64,000 nucleotides of DNA from an uncultured bacterium (GCA_963707865.1 OY970175.1:300352-364351); one strand, 5' to 3'; numbered from the stretch's first letter, positions 47,982-58,098 are shown. Program-made: numbers and translations. The notes: generated from the sequence alone by a model not told the origin.

Positions 47982-48932
47982 TCATGTCCGCACATTTGTC
48001 CCCTCGATAGCTTGAAGATATTCAACCGGCGTCTTTCCCGCAAGGGCAAGATGAGGACAGACCGTGTTGTACCAGGCGCAGTACGCGGCCTGTTTTTGTT
48101 TCGCTTCGGCCACCGTGCGGAATGATATCTTGTTCCAGAACCGTTCGCGGTCATTGCGATGCGACCGCTCCACCTTGCCGTTCTGCGCAGGATGCCCCGG
48201 GGCGATGAGATAGTGCGTCATTTTTTGTTTTTCACAAGTAACATCAAAAGGATGCAACCGCGGCTTCAGGGGATCTGCTGACTTCGGATATCCCACGTAC
48301 CGGTTCGTGAAGATTGATCCGTTATCGGTCTTCACCGCACGGATGCGGAAGGGTGCCGTAGCAATGACTTTCTCGAGAAACAAGATCGCGGTCCGCGTGG
48401 ATTGTTCTTGGGTCACCCAGAGATGCCGCCACCGCGTGCAGCAATCAATCGCGGTGAACTGGTAGAGCCATTGCCCCTTGAATCTCCGCACATAAACGAC
48501 ATCAATCTCGATGATCTCTCCGGGAAACGTGGCGGTCGGTTTCCACTTTGCTTTGGGCACCAACCGTTTTTTGGTTCTTGAGAGCCCCTCACGTTTCAGG
48601 ACTTTGGCAATACCCCGCACGGAGAGCTTCAGGCCCTCGCGGGCGAGGAGATACATGAGGACATCAGGACCCAGATCCGTTGCTGTTCGCAACGATCTGA
48701 TCCGATTCACGATGGTCTGTGAGAATTGTTTCGGATGCGTGTGCGGCCTGCGCGAGTGCGACACGAGCGCATCGATCCCGCCCCTGCGATATGCCGCCAC
48801 CCACCGCTTGAGCGTGCGATATGAAAACGGCGCGTGGGCAGCAATGTCCTTGATACTCATCTCTTTCTCAAGATGCGGGGTGATCCACCGCATCCGTTCC
48901 TCTGCTGCGTCTTTTGCGAGTGTTTGTGGCAT
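47982..48932 (-). mobile_element. IS481-family transposase (DDE, rve integrase core)
   Basis: N-terminal HTH (SIKDIAAHAPFSYRTLKRWVAAYRRGG). DDE block EIDVVYV...AIDCCTRW...VKTDNGSIFTN...APGHPAQNGKVERSHRN. Element ends are not confidently resolved: possible imperfect IRs tc.gcacat...cccct near 47966 and 48960. Confidence 0.8.
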
Positions 48933-49077
48933 ATTCCCCAGCTTACACTTCAAGGGGCCATATGTATGTGCAGAGTACCTTGCACCATTGACAAATATAT
49001 CTATGCATGGTAATATGTATCCAGCAATGTTGACCCGCCAGACCCCCTCAATTTTCCCTCATTGTCCCGCGCCGTCG

Positions 49078-49236
49078 TTCTAATTCAAAAGGGAATCCGG
49101 GAGAAAGCGCCTTTGAATAATGAGAACCAAGAACGTCCTGCCTACCGAGTCCGTGTAAGGTTACCCTGATTCGGTCGGCGGGGCGTTAGAGCGTACCTAC
49201 CCGCCATTGTGGCGATATCTCGCCCGGAGAAAAGAG
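49078..49236 (+). promoter_or_regulatory. structured 5' leader (candidate cis-regulatory RNA) upstream of the 49237 gene
   Basis: Long-range helix UCCGGGAG...CUCGCCCGGA encloses about 110 nt with two internal hairpins (ACCGAGUC/GAUUCGGU, GGCGGG/CCCGCC). Partial cobalamin-like submotifs (AAGGGAAUCC, CCUGCC, CCCGCCAUUGU) are present but in non-canonical order. Confidence 0.3.
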
Positions 49237-49686
49237 ATGAAACAAATTGCTTGGTGTCATATTCGCGGCGGCAACGGTTCGTTTGCCGCTGGAGTCGCAG
49301 CAATGAAGAAGAGCTGCGAGGCCGCTGCTCGGGCAATCGAGATGGCGGTCCGGGAATGGTCGGATAAGGTAGCCCTCCTGAATGTCTCGCATGATCCCAC
49401 AGGGCGTGCGGCACAGGATTGGGACGAAGAGCTGAAACTCGGTTTGGCACTGCACCTGCAGGCATCCCACGGCTGGATCGCTGGTGCGAAGCAGAAGTGC
49501 AAAATCACCGCCGGTGAAATGGAATACACCACCGGTTCCGGCCTCACCTTCGGTTGGTCTCGCTGGGAAATGGATCCCGGTTACAGTTTCTTCGTCGTTC
49601 ACCCCTCGGGACAGTTCCCCCAGGAATCCACCCTCCGCGCTTCTCTTGAGGCCGGTGAATGGAGGATTGAAACCTACAAGAACTAA
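49237..49686 (+). CDS. hypothetical protein
   Basis: Start MKQIAWCHIRGG preceded by GAGAAAAGAG (RBS-like). About 149 aa. Followed by a strong terminator. The overlapping minus-strand ORFs look compositionally spurious. Confidence 0.45.
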   Translation: MKQIAWCHIRGGNGSFAAGVAAMKKSCEAAARAIEMAVREWSDKVALLNVSHDPTGRAAQDWDEELKLGLALHLQASHGWIAGAKQKCKITAGEMEYTTGSGLTFGWSRWEMDPGYSFFVVHPSGQFPQESTLRASLEAGEWRIETYKN

Positions 49687-49692
49687 GCAGTA

Positions 49693-49740
49693 CGGCCCAC
49701 ATCGCGAAAACGAAAGCATGTGGGCCGAATCTTTTCTATC
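49693..49740 (+). terminator. rho-independent terminator
   Basis: CGGCCCACAT-[15 nt]-ATGTGGGCCG perfect 10-bp stem followed by AATCTTTTCTAT. Confidence 0.65.
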
Positions 49741-49760
49741 AAGAGCTGACTGGGATATAT

Positions 49761-49985
49761 CTAACTTGTACTCTTTTTCCCCGTCCTAAACCATACGAAT
49801 ATGAACAACGCCACGCCCACAATGAGCGCCCCCAAACCGTGTTTGAAATGGACCGAACTCAACGCCGGATTATATCCGGGCAGATACGACGGCAGCATGT
49901 TCGCCGGCGTCATCCAATAGAAGACCGCCAACCCGACGAAGAGCAGGCCCACCGCGACCGCAAGCATGTTCAATGTTTTATTCAT
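49761..49985 (-). CDS. small two-TM membrane protein
   Basis: 74 aa with two hydrophobic helices. Overlaps the dedA stop by 4 nt. Confidence 0.45.
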   Translation of the reverse strand: MNKTLNMLAVAVGLLFVGLAVFYWMTPANMLPSYLPGYNPALSSVHFKHGLGALIVGVALFIFVWFRTGKKSTS

Positions 49986-50587
49986 GTGTTCATTGTACTA
50001 TATTTTCTCATGATTCGGCGATAAATCCGAATAAGGACAAACATAACGATGGCGACCGCAACCATTGCCGCGAACAAGCTCAGGATATTGGAAAAGTCGC
50101 TCCAATAGCTTCCGACCGCATAGCCGAGGGTCAGCGCGCCGAACGGCTCAATAAAGTTTCCCAAAAAATCGTAGATAAGAAAAATAAGGAAGGGCACCCC
50201 GACGAGGCCCGCGAGAAAATTCGCGATTGGGCTCAACGACCCCGCAAACCGAGTAGTGAACACCGTGACGGCTGCATCCGTGCGCAACTCTTCCTTCACA
50301 TACTCAAAGAAGCGGACTTTGTGCAGCCGCAGCACCCGGATGACCGCATCACCGTAATGCCGCGTGAGCGCGTAACCCGTGAGATCACCCAACGTGTTCG
50401 CGACGACCGCAACCGCAAGCGAAAACCAAAAACTGAAATAGCCCTGGCTGGCGAACGCGCCCACGGCGAGCAACATGCTGTTCGCGGGCCACGGGACGAT
50501 GAGCGCGGCGGAGTAGACGATCAAAAAAAGCGCGGTGTATTTATATACCAGGACGTATGACAAAAGCGGGCCGAGGAGCGCTTCCAT
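49982..50587 (-). CDS. DedA/VTT-family membrane protein
   Basis: 201 aa. VTT-domain-like pattern (..GYALTRHYG.., FTTRFAGSLSPIANFLAGL). Confidence 0.75.
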   Translation of the reverse strand: MEALLGPLLSYVLVYKYTALFLIVYSAALIVPWPANSMLLAVGAFASQGYFSFWFSLAVAVVANTLGDLTGYALTRHYGDAVIRVLRLHKVRFFEYVKEELRTDAAVTVFTTRFAGSLSPIANFLAGLVGVPFLIFLIYDFLGNFIEPFGALTLGYAVGSYWSDFSNILSLFAAMVAVAIVMFVLIRIYRRIMRKYSTMNT

Positions 50588-50594
50588 CGTTCGT

Positions 50595-51071
50595 TTATTG
50601 CGTGACCAGATACGCGCGCACTGCGGTTTCCACCTGCCTCAAAAACACGTTGGGATCTACATGCCCGCTCTGTGCGTAACCGCCAAGGGAAAGTTGTGGA
50701 TAACGAGGGTCCGCGATGGACAAGTGGGTCTTCAAATAATCGGCAGGGAGATTGAAAGTCTTGTTGATATAATCAAACGTCATCCAGGGGCGGATGAGGC
50801 CTGCCTCGTTCGCCGTCAAAGGACCGTGACGCTTAATGAGAGACGTTATGAAGAATTCGCGTGCGTTTATAACTTGGGCCCGCCGCAACGCGCGGTACTG
50901 CATCACCGCAAAGACAATCAAAACCAAAAGAATAACGCCCAAAATGATGAGGGTGTATTGTACTCTGCGGGCGAACTGGCGATTCCGATGATTGGGTTCA
51001 GCTGGCATGAAAGTTTCCCGGGGTGACAATGCGAAGGATGCTGCTGCGCGCGATCTGGAGCACGTTCGCAT
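50595..51071 (-). CDS. hypothetical membrane-anchored protein
   Basis: Single TM (YTLIILGVILLVLIVFAV) then about 90-aa soluble domain. The start may be the internal Met at 51008 because 51009..51071 overlaps the emrB-fragment region. Confidence 0.4.
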   Translation of the reverse strand: MRTCSRSRAAASFALSPRETFMPAEPNHRNRQFARRVQYTLIILGVILLVLIVFAVMQYRALRRAQVINAREFFITSLIKRHGPLTANEAGLIRPWMTFDYINKTFNLPADYLKTHLSIADPRYPQLSLGGYAQSGHVDPNVFLRQVETAVRAYLVTQ

Positions 51072-51297
51072 TCACAAAATTACCAAACATGGTGCTCGCG
51101 ATGGCGACACCGAATGCGCCCGCGATGTTCCGCACGAGGGCGAGCACCGCCGACGCCTCCCCTATCTCTTCCTTCGGTACGACGACCGCAATCAGATTGG
51201 TGCACCGCGGCATGCCGAAACCCAGCCCAAACGCCATGATAGATGGGTTAGTCCACCATAACCACATGCCCGTGCACGGTGGTTTCCTTCGGAACAT
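50998..51297 (-). pseudogene. diverged duplicate fragment of the emrB 3' region
   Basis: Translation MAFGLGFGMPRCTNLIAVVVPKEEIGEASAVLALVRNIAGAFGVAIASTMF aligns with the intact transporter's ILAFGLGFGMSQRTNLVAVVVPHEEIGEASAILALVRNISGAFGVAIFSTLL (about 51.3 kb). Nucleotide similarity is about 75%. Confidence 0.55.
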
Positions 51298-52741
51298 TAA
51301 TGAGAAACGCCGCGAAAGAGCCGATCATAATAACGATGGCGGCTACTTCAAATACGAATGCATAACCGGCCACCTGCGCCTTCAGGATGATAAGCCCGAT
51401 GAATTGTTGCAACGCCTGCGGCGTCATCGCCCGCACTGTGCTGTTCTGCGCTATCGTAAGCACATTCGCATTAATGGTGTTCGTTAAAAGCGTACTGAAG
51501 ATCGCCACGCCAAAAGCGCCAGAAATATTCCGCACGAGCGCGAGAATAGCCGATGCTTCGCCGATTTCTTCGTGCGGCACGACGACCGCAACGAGATTCG
51601 TCCGCTGTGACATGCCGAAGCCCAGGCCGAATGCCAAGATGGACATCGGGATAGAGATCTGAAGCGCCGTGGAGCGCGGGTCAATGCCCGCGAGCATGAG
51701 CATGGCGAGACCCGCAACGAACGTGCTCGCAAAGATCACGTATGACGGCTTCACTTTGCCGACAAGGCGGCCGCCGATGGGCGCGGCGATCATCATGGCG
51801 ATTGCAAGCGGGATGAAAAGATATCCCGTTTGCGTCGCATTATAACCGAGGAATGTTTCCGCAAAAATCGGAATAAGGAATATCGCGCCGATGAGTCCCA
51901 TGAAAACGATGAAGTTGTTGGCGAGCGTATTCACGAACGTGCCGATCTTGAAGAATTTGAGGTCCACGATCGGCTCTGACTCGCGCTGTTCTATCCTGAT
52001 GAAAATGATAGTGAAGGCAACGGTTGCGACATAACAAAGAATGCTTGCCGCCGATGCCCAGCCCCACGTCGTGCCCTGGTCCAGTACGAGGGTCAACGCG
52101 GAGAGCGCGCTCGCAAGCGTAATGGATCCCCACCAATCAAATTTTACGGTTCGCTTCTCCCCTACCGATTCATCAATGAATTTGATCGCAAGGAAAAGGC
52201 CGACGAGCCCGAGTGGAATATTAATGAAGAACACCGCGCGCCAATTGAAGTTATCAATGAGCGGTCCGCCGATCAAGGGGCCAAAGACGGATGCCACGGC
52301 AAACGCCGCGGACCAAATTCCCAGGGCCTGCGCGCGCTCCTTCATATCCCTGAAAGTGATCGCGATGATCGCCATCGCCGTCGGATAATCGGCGGAAACG
52401 GCGAACCCCTGGATGACGCGAAAAACGATCATTGAACTCAAACTCCAGGCGACGGCACACAAAGCAGAGGCGGCGATGAAACCGATGAAGCCGATAAGGT
52501 ATATCTTTTTCCGTCCGGCGGTATCGCCGAGCTTCCCCCATACGGGTACAAAGACCGCGTTCGCCAGAATGTAGGCGGTGGAGATCCACGCCGCATCGCT
52601 CACGGAGATGCTAAAGTCGCCGATAATCTTCGGAAGAGCGAGGTTCACGACCGTCTGATCAAGACGGCCAAGGAACGTGCCGAAGATGACGGTACCGAGG
52701 ACCCACCAGCGCCACTTATCGCTCATTGTTGATAGATCCAA
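51248..52741 (-). CDS. emrB: MFS drug-efflux transporter, DHA2 (EmrB/QacA) family, 14 TMS
   Basis: MSDKWRWWVLGTVIFGTFLGRLDQTVVNLALPKI, GKLGDTAGRKK motifs. 497 aa. Confidence 0.85.
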   Translation of the reverse strand: MDLSTMSDKWRWWVLGTVIFGTFLGRLDQTVVNLALPKIIGDFSISVSDAAWISTAYILANAVFVPVWGKLGDTAGRKKIYLIGFIGFIAASALCAVAWSLSSMIVFRVIQGFAVSADYPTAMAIIAITFRDMKERAQALGIWSAAFAVASVFGPLIGGPLIDNFNWRAVFFINIPLGLVGLFLAIKFIDESVGEKRTVKFDWWGSITLASALSALTLVLDQGTTWGWASAASILCYVATVAFTIIFIRIEQRESEPIVDLKFFKIGTFVNTLANNFIVFMGLIGAIFLIPIFAETFLGYNATQTGYLFIPLAIAMMIAAPIGGRLVGKVKPSYVIFASTFVAGLAMLMLAGIDPRSTALQISIPMSILAFGLGFGMSQRTNLVAVVVPHEEIGEASAILALVRNISGAFGVAIFSTLLTNTINANVLTIAQNSTVRAMTPQALQQFIGLIILKAQVAGYAFVFEVAAIVIMIGSFAAFLINVPKETTVHGHVVMVD

Positions 52742-53340
52742 ATGCGCGCCGACATACCATTCTTCAACTCCGGATATTTGGCAGGATCAAAACGTACGTA
52801 CACGTCAAATTCGTTCGTTGGCCGTTGGGCGGAAATATTGAAGACGACGTCGCCCGCCCGCGACGTGGGACTTACTTCATCCACAATGCCCTGGTATTGC
52901 TTTGAACCGAAGGTGTCCACGGTGAACGCGGCCGGGTCGCCCACGTGCACATTGGCAAGCCCTTTATTCTCGTCCAAATGGCCGACCACGCGAAGCTGAG
53001 TCGGATCCACCATTGTAGCAACGATGGCCTGCCCCGTAAAAGAATTCTCAAATTCCCCGATATTTTGGTTCACGGAAACGATCTGCCCGTTCGTCTTCGC
53101 CTTCACGATCTCGTTGCCCACTTGCGCAACGGGCTCGTCGGTCGTCACGGTATCCCCCGCCTTCACAAAAACGGCCGTGAGAGCGCCCGAATTTTCGGGT
53201 GATAGATTGATGAGCGGCGCTTGGATGGTTGATTGATCAATATACACGCTTTGCGAGGACACGTACCAATAAAGCCCGCCGCCTAAACCACCCACAACGA
53301 CGACCGCCACCGCGATTATAATGATCGTTCGATTGCGCAT
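52723..53340 (-). CDS. HlyD-family membrane-fusion protein (short, biotin-lipoyl/beta-barrel portion)
   Basis: N-terminal TM. AVFVKAGDTVTTDEPVAQV lipoyl-like hairpin. 205 aa. Overlaps the emrB start. Confidence 0.65.
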   Translation of the reverse strand: MRNRTIIIIAVAVVVVGGLGGGLYWYVSSQSVYIDQSTIQAPLINLSPENSGALTAVFVKAGDTVTTDEPVAQVGNEIVKAKTNGQIVSVNQNIGEFENSFTGQAIVATMVDPTQLRVVGHLDENKGLANVHVGDPAAFTVDTFGSKQYQGIVDEVSPTSRAGDVVFNISAQRPTNEFDVYVRFDPAKYPELKNGMSARIWIYQQ

Positions 53341-53342
53341 AG

Positions 53343-54836
53343 TTAAAAATTGACGAGCGTCTCGTCGGCATTTATGCCGGAAACGATCTCCGTCATGCCG
53401 TCATTGCCCGCGAGGCCGACCTGGACCTCACGTTTTTCGGTTGCATCGCCGGTCTTCACCAATATGTAGTCATTATTCCCGTCATTCACAACGAGCCGCG
53501 ACGGAACCTCAATAACATTATCGTGCTCCGCGGTGATAATGTGGACGCTTCCCGTCATGCCGTCTTTTATGCGATCGTCGGGAGCCGTGAAATGCAAAGT
53601 GATCTTATACGCCGCCGAGCCGTTCACCATGGTCTCCGCGGAATCTATCGTCGTCACGGTCGCCTTGAAGGTGGTCCCGGTGCCATATGCATCAAGCGTC
53701 ACATTCGCCGCATCGCCATCTTTCACCTTCGCAATATCCGCTTCGGAAACGTAGACCGCTATCTTCAATCCGCTGTTGTTCGTGAGCGAGAGCATGGGAA
53801 CGCCGGGCGAAACCACTTGTCCGACCTTCGCGCTCAAATTCCGCACAACGCCGGCGAACGGCGCAACAAGCGCCGCATGGTCCACCGCGACCTGCGCACT
53901 CGTGACCTGGGCCTGCGCCTGCGCAAGCGTTGCCTTCTGCGCTTCTACGTCTTGTGGCGTCGCACCCGCCACGGCAAGCGCAAGTTGTCCCTGGGCTGAT
54001 TGCAGTGCCGATTCCGCGCCGGTCAGCGTCGTTATCGCCACACCGACCTCCGTCCTGGCCACCACAATATTCGCCTTATATCCCAAGAGCGTTGCGGCAG
54101 GCAGTGTTGAATTTGACGTTATATCGTTCAACGCGAGCGCAACCATGTCAAGATATGATTTGATCTCGCGAAGGGCGGCGTCCGCGATCGGTGAAAGAGA
54201 AGCCGGATCCGAGCTTGTCGCGACGGACGCCGCATACCAATTATTGAGCGTCGCCCCGATGACCAAGCGTTCACTCTGGATATTGATCTGCAGTTGCGAA
54301 TTGGATTGGAAAACCAAAAATACCGGATTCGTGTTCACGGAACTCTGGAACAGATTGTCGGTCTGATTATGTATGGCATCGTCCGCAGCCGAATATGCGG
54401 TTCCGATATCGGCGCTAAGCGACGCCATGGCGTTCGCAACAGCCGTCTGGTTTATCGCCAATTGTTCCGGCCGCGTGCCGCTCGTAAGCTCGTCCAGCTT
54501 TGCCTGTGCCGCCGCAAGGCCGGCAGTGGCCTGCTGCAATCCGGCATGGAGCGACGACGCGTCAAGCAAAGCAAGCACGGTTCCCGCCGAAACGGTTTCG
54601 CCTTCGCTCACCCTCACCGCCGCGATCTGCCCGCCTTCCTGGAAAGAAAGATCCACATCGTTTTCCGCAAGTATATTTCCGGATTCATCAAGTGAGGCAA
54701 CCACGTTCCCGCGCGTCGCGGTAGTGACGCCAAACGACGGCGGCTGGTTCGTCGCGATATACCACCATACGCCGCCAACGCAAACCAAAAGGATGGTGAC
54801 AATGGCAACGATCCTGACAAACGGTTTTTTAAGCAT
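53343..54836 (-). CDS. HlyD/EmrA-family periplasmic adaptor (membrane-fusion protein)
   Basis: N-terminal TM. Long coiled-coil A/Q-rich hairpin. C-terminal beta-barrel. 497 aa. Confidence 0.75.
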   Translation of the reverse strand: MLKKPFVRIVAIVTILLVCVGGVWWYIATNQPPSFGVTTATRGNVVASLDESGNILAENDVDLSFQEGGQIAAVRVSEGETVSAGTVLALLDASSLHAGLQQATAGLAAAQAKLDELTSGTRPEQLAINQTAVANAMASLSADIGTAYSAADDAIHNQTDNLFQSSVNTNPVFLVFQSNSQLQINIQSERLVIGATLNNWYAASVATSSDPASLSPIADAALREIKSYLDMVALALNDITSNSTLPAATLLGYKANIVVARTEVGVAITTLTGAESALQSAQGQLALAVAGATPQDVEAQKATLAQAQAQVTSAQVAVDHAALVAPFAGVVRNLSAKVGQVVSPGVPMLSLTNNSGLKIAVYVSEADIAKVKDGDAANVTLDAYGTGTTFKATVTTIDSAETMVNGSAAYKITLHFTAPDDRIKDGMTGSVHIITAEHDNVIEVPSRLVVNDGNNDYILVKTGDATEKREVQVGLAGNDGMTEIVSGINADETLVNF

Positions 54837-54970
54837 TGTTAGGTTGCTTAACTATTCTAGCAGAGTGGCCGAAAAAAGCAACCCATGGCTGGCGGGGGCG
54901 GTATACACCCCGAGAACAAAGAGGGGTCCGTTGCCAATTGTCGAGATAGGTTTTATACTTTCCATACCGA

Positions 54971-55384
54971 ATGACGGAAGAACAAGAACGGCAAGCGAAG
55001 CGGGTGAGGCGGGCGACGTGGATTTTCATTGCGATCGCCGCCGCGTTCTCCGTTTTCCTCTACCTTAAAAACCTGCCGCCACCGAACGGCGCGTATGATG
55101 CGTTCGCGAAATGCATCGCGAGCACCACGACGAAGTTCTACGGCGCGTTTTGGTGCTCTCACTGCGCGGATCAAAAGCGCGAGTTCGGAGACGCCGCCCA
55201 ATATCTCCCCTATGTGGAATGTTCAACGCCGGATGCCGCGGGAGAAACAAGTATATGCAAAGACGCCGGCGTCACGGAATATCCGACGTGGCACTTCCCC
55301 GACGGCTCTAGCTCCACGGGCCTTCAATCGCTCACGGTACTTTCCCAAAAAACCAGCTGTCCCCTGTCCACGCCCACGCCGTAG
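54971..55384 (+). CDS. membrane-anchored thioredoxin-like disulfide oxidoreductase
   Basis: TM anchor then FYGAFWCSHCADQKREFG (CxxC active site) ...YPTW. Confidence 0.7.
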   Translation: MTEEQERQAKRVRRATWIFIAIAAAFSVFLYLKNLPPPNGAYDAFAKCIASTTTKFYGAFWCSHCADQKREFGDAAQYLPYVECSTPDAAGETSICKDAGVTEYPTWHFPDGSSSTGLQSLTVLSQKTSCPLSTPTP

Positions 55385-55408
55385 GACATATGTAATATAA
55401 TTCCATCT

Positions 55409-55966
55409 ATGGCCCCATTTGCTCAGCACGTCACGGATATTCTTTCGTTCCTCACGCTCCTCGCCGACATCTTTGCCGCGGCACTTTTTCTTCTGCTCAT
55501 AACCCCGCTCAAGCGGCATGGTTGGGGCAGAACACTCGCCGACTTCTTCGGCGAGCGGGCAATTTTCCTTTCGTTCCTCGTGGCCTTCGCTGCCACCTTC
55601 GGCAGCTTGTTCTATTCGCAAGTAGTGGGATTCCCGCCGTGCGATCTCTGTTGGTGGCAGCGCATCTTCCTCTATCCGCAAGCGATCCTCCTTTTCACCG
55701 CCTTCATCAAAAAAGATGAGAATATGCGCCTGCACTCCATCGTCCTTTCGAGCGTTGGCGCCCTGATCGCACTCTATCAGACATTCATACAATTTGGGGG
55801 AACGTCGCTCGTTCCCTGCTCCGTTACCGGTCCGAGCTGCACCGTTTTATATTTCCTGGAGTATGGCTACATCACCATCCCCACGATGTCCCTGACCGCG
55901 TTTGTGTTACTACTCCTATTCATGGCGGCGCCGAATCCCAAAAAGAAGGAAGTGAACGAGCTGTAA
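55409..55966 (+). CDS. disulfide bond formation protein B (DsbB/BdbC family)
   Basis: PPCDLCWWQRIFLYP first Cys pair motif and VPCSVTGPSC second pair. 4 TM helices. Confidence 0.8.
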   Translation: MAPFAQHVTDILSFLTLLADIFAAALFLLLITPLKRHGWGRTLADFFGERAIFLSFLVAFAATFGSLFYSQVVGFPPCDLCWWQRIFLYPQAILLFTAFIKKDENMRLHSIVLSSVGALIALYQTFIQFGGTSLVPCSVTGPSCTVLYFLEYGYITIPTMSLTAFVLLLLFMAAPNPKKKEVNEL

Positions 55967-55974
55967 CGCTTGGC

Positions 55975-57075
55975 TTATCGCAGCGTTATACAAACAATTT
56001 CCGATTTCGTCCCAAGCCGCAAGGGCGGTCCCCACGTGCCTGCGCCGCTTGAGGTGTACACCCGCATACCGTCCAGGCGCGTGAGGCCATAATCAAAACC
56101 GCGGTATATATGTCGAGTAAAAAAATTCATCGGGAATATCTGGCCGTGGTGGGTGTGGCCGGACAACACGAGTGAAACTCCCGCGTCGCGCGCGACCGTA
56201 AGATGGCTCGGCTCGTGCTTGATTAAAACAACGGGCTCCCCTTCGGGGATGCCCATACGCTGCAATATGCGCGCAAAATCGTTTTCGCGATAGACCGCCT
56301 TATTATCTACGCCCACAATCGTAAGCCCATGAAGATCGGCAACTTCGTTATTCAATATACAGATGCCGAGGCCTCGTATCGCCGCAAGCGCTTCCGCCAA
56401 GTCCGGCAAAAAATACTCGTGATTGCCCGTCACAAAGTAAACGCCCTTCGGCGGACGGAGCGAGCGCAGCGGTTCAATGAGCGCCGCGGCATCGCACGAT
56501 GTGCCGTCATAAAGATCGCCGCCGATCACAATGGCTTCCGGATGTAATGCGCGTATCTTCTCCACAACCTCCCGCGCGAATGCCTGCCGCCGCACACTAC
56601 CCAAGTGAAGATCGCTCACAAACACGATGGCCTTCCCATGCCATGACGCAGGAAGATGCGGGAGTGCAACGTCCACAAACGTTGTTTCCACTCTGCCGCT
56701 TTTCCACGTCCTATAGCAGTGCAAAAGAAAAAGCGCCCCGAAAGCGATGCCACCGAGGAACGGCGGCGGCACATAAATGTTCGCACGATACAACACGTTC
56801 GCGGCAATGAAGAACAAAATGGCGCCCACAAAGAGAAAATGGATAAGGCCGAACCAATATGCGGCGGCGGTATAAAACCAATCAATCACGCGACCACGGT
56901 ACCAGTGAACCAAAAGGGATGAAGAAAGAAACGTAAACGCCAACACGGTAAAAACTATTTTGAACGCCGTCCCGCCTATGCCGAACACCGCAGCCAGGGT
57001 CGCGTACACCACAAGATGGACGAACAGCAAAAGAACTTGAAATGCGGCCAACGCGAGGACGGCTGCAAACGGCAT
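55975..57075 (-). CDS. membrane-anchored metallophosphoesterase (calcineurin-like)
   Basis: Six N-terminal TM helices. VFVSDLHLG, GDLYDG, GNHEYF, SGHTHHGQ phosphoesterase motifs. Confidence 0.8.
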   Translation of the reverse strand: MPFAAVLALAAFQVLLLFVHLVVYATLAAVFGIGGTAFKIVFTVLAFTFLSSSLLVHWYRGRVIDWFYTAAAYWFGLIHFLFVGAILFFIAANVLYRANIYVPPPFLGGIAFGALFLLHCYRTWKSGRVETTFVDVALPHLPASWHGKAIVFVSDLHLGSVRRQAFAREVVEKIRALHPEAIVIGGDLYDGTSCDAAALIEPLRSLRPPKGVYFVTGNHEYFLPDLAEALAAIRGLGICILNNEVADLHGLTIVGVDNKAVYRENDFARILQRMGIPEGEPVVLIKHEPSHLTVARDAGVSLVLSGHTHHGQIFPMNFFTRHIYRGFDYGLTRLDGMRVYTSSGAGTWGPPLRLGTKSEIVCITLR

Positions 57076-57077
57076 AG

Positions 57078-57482
57078 CTACAAATTTTCCCTCGCTATTT
57101 TTTCCAGGATGGCGACGAACGTCGCGCGCTCCTTCGGCGTGAGCACCGCAAACATCTTTTTCAGTTGCACCGCTTTCTTACGGATGCCTTGCGTAAGAAA
57201 TGCCTTGCCGCGAGCGGTAAGCGTGACGTGCACCGCGCGCCGGTCTTTTTTATCAAACGACCGCGCAAGCAACTTGTCTTTTATAAGTCCGTCAATGAGA
57301 AGTGTCGCCGCCGGCGGCGTCACGCAAAGATAGCACGCGACGTCGTGCATGAAGGGACGGCCCTCTTCTTGCACGTAGCGAAGCGTGTGGAAATGCAGCA
57401 TGGAATACGCACGGCGTTCGTCCCGCAGGCGGCGGCCGATGCAGAAAAGCAGGGAAAGGATCTTAACATTTCTGGAAGGCAT
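57078..57482 (-). CDS. MarR-family transcriptional regulator
   Basis: Winged-HTH: TPPAATLLIDGLIKDKLLARSFDKKDRRAVHVTLTARG. Confidence 0.8.
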   Translation of the reverse strand: MPSRNVKILSLLFCIGRRLRDERRAYSMLHFHTLRYVQEEGRPFMHDVACYLCVTPPAATLLIDGLIKDKLLARSFDKKDRRAVHVTLTARGKAFLTQGIRKKAVQLKKMFAVLTPKERATFVAILEKIARENL

Positions 57483-57618
57483 AGATAATTAGGTTACTTA
57501 ACTATTATACGGCCCGTGGGCAAAGGATGTCAAGGAGCTAAGGAGGCGCTCGCGGTGTTCAAAAAATCCGCACTGATGCGGATTTTTTGAACGAGAACTT
57601 TGCCCATTGCCGAACCTA

Positions 57619-58056
57619 TTACTGGCCCGACGGAGCGCCGCCGCCCCCGCCACCGCCGAAGCCGGGCGCGCCGGGCCCACGCACCTGGATGGTCTGTGCC
57701 GTCACGCTCCCATCGGGATTCTGCGTTCCTCCAATCATCACGCTTGTCCCTGGCGTAAGATCACTAACCGACGCCGACGACGGTTTGATGACCGACGTGG
57801 AACTCGAGTAGAATACTATTTCTGAATTGCCATTCGGAAGCTGCACGGTCAAGCTCTGCGCGTCTTTTGAGGTGACTTGCCCCGTCACGAACCCGCCACC
57901 GCTCCCCGCGCGACCGGTCCCATTGCGCGTTGAGCTCGCAAAGGCGCCACGCCCCGCAAACGAAGGGGAAGCTGTTGCCTTTCCGTAATACAGGCCGCCC
58001 ACGAACGCGACGATCGCGACCACGATCCAGACAATGTGTACAATATATTTTTTCAT
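57619..58056 (-). CDS. hypothetical secreted protein with Gly-rich C-terminus
   Basis: Signal/TM. Beta-rich core. C-terminal GPGAPGFGGGGGGGAPSGQ. Paralogous to the 61945..62436 protein. Confidence 0.5.
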   Translation of the reverse strand: MKKYIVHIVWIVVAIVAFVGGLYYGKATASPSFAGRGAFASSTRNGTGRAGSGGGFVTGQVTSKDAQSLTVQLPNGNSEIVFYSSSTSVIKPSSASVSDLTPGTSVMIGGTQNPDGSVTAQTIQVRGPGAPGFGGGGGGGAPSGQ

Positions 58057-58098
58057 CAGTTTTTAATAATTATTATTGAACGACCTTTTGCCGTGTTC

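Noticed and set aside
49142-49719. Minus-strand ORFs 49142..49465 and 49186..49719 overlapping the 49237..49686 gene
   Set aside because: Pro/Arg/Gly-rich composition, no start context, and the strong plus-strand terminator at 49693..49740 favours the plus-strand gene.
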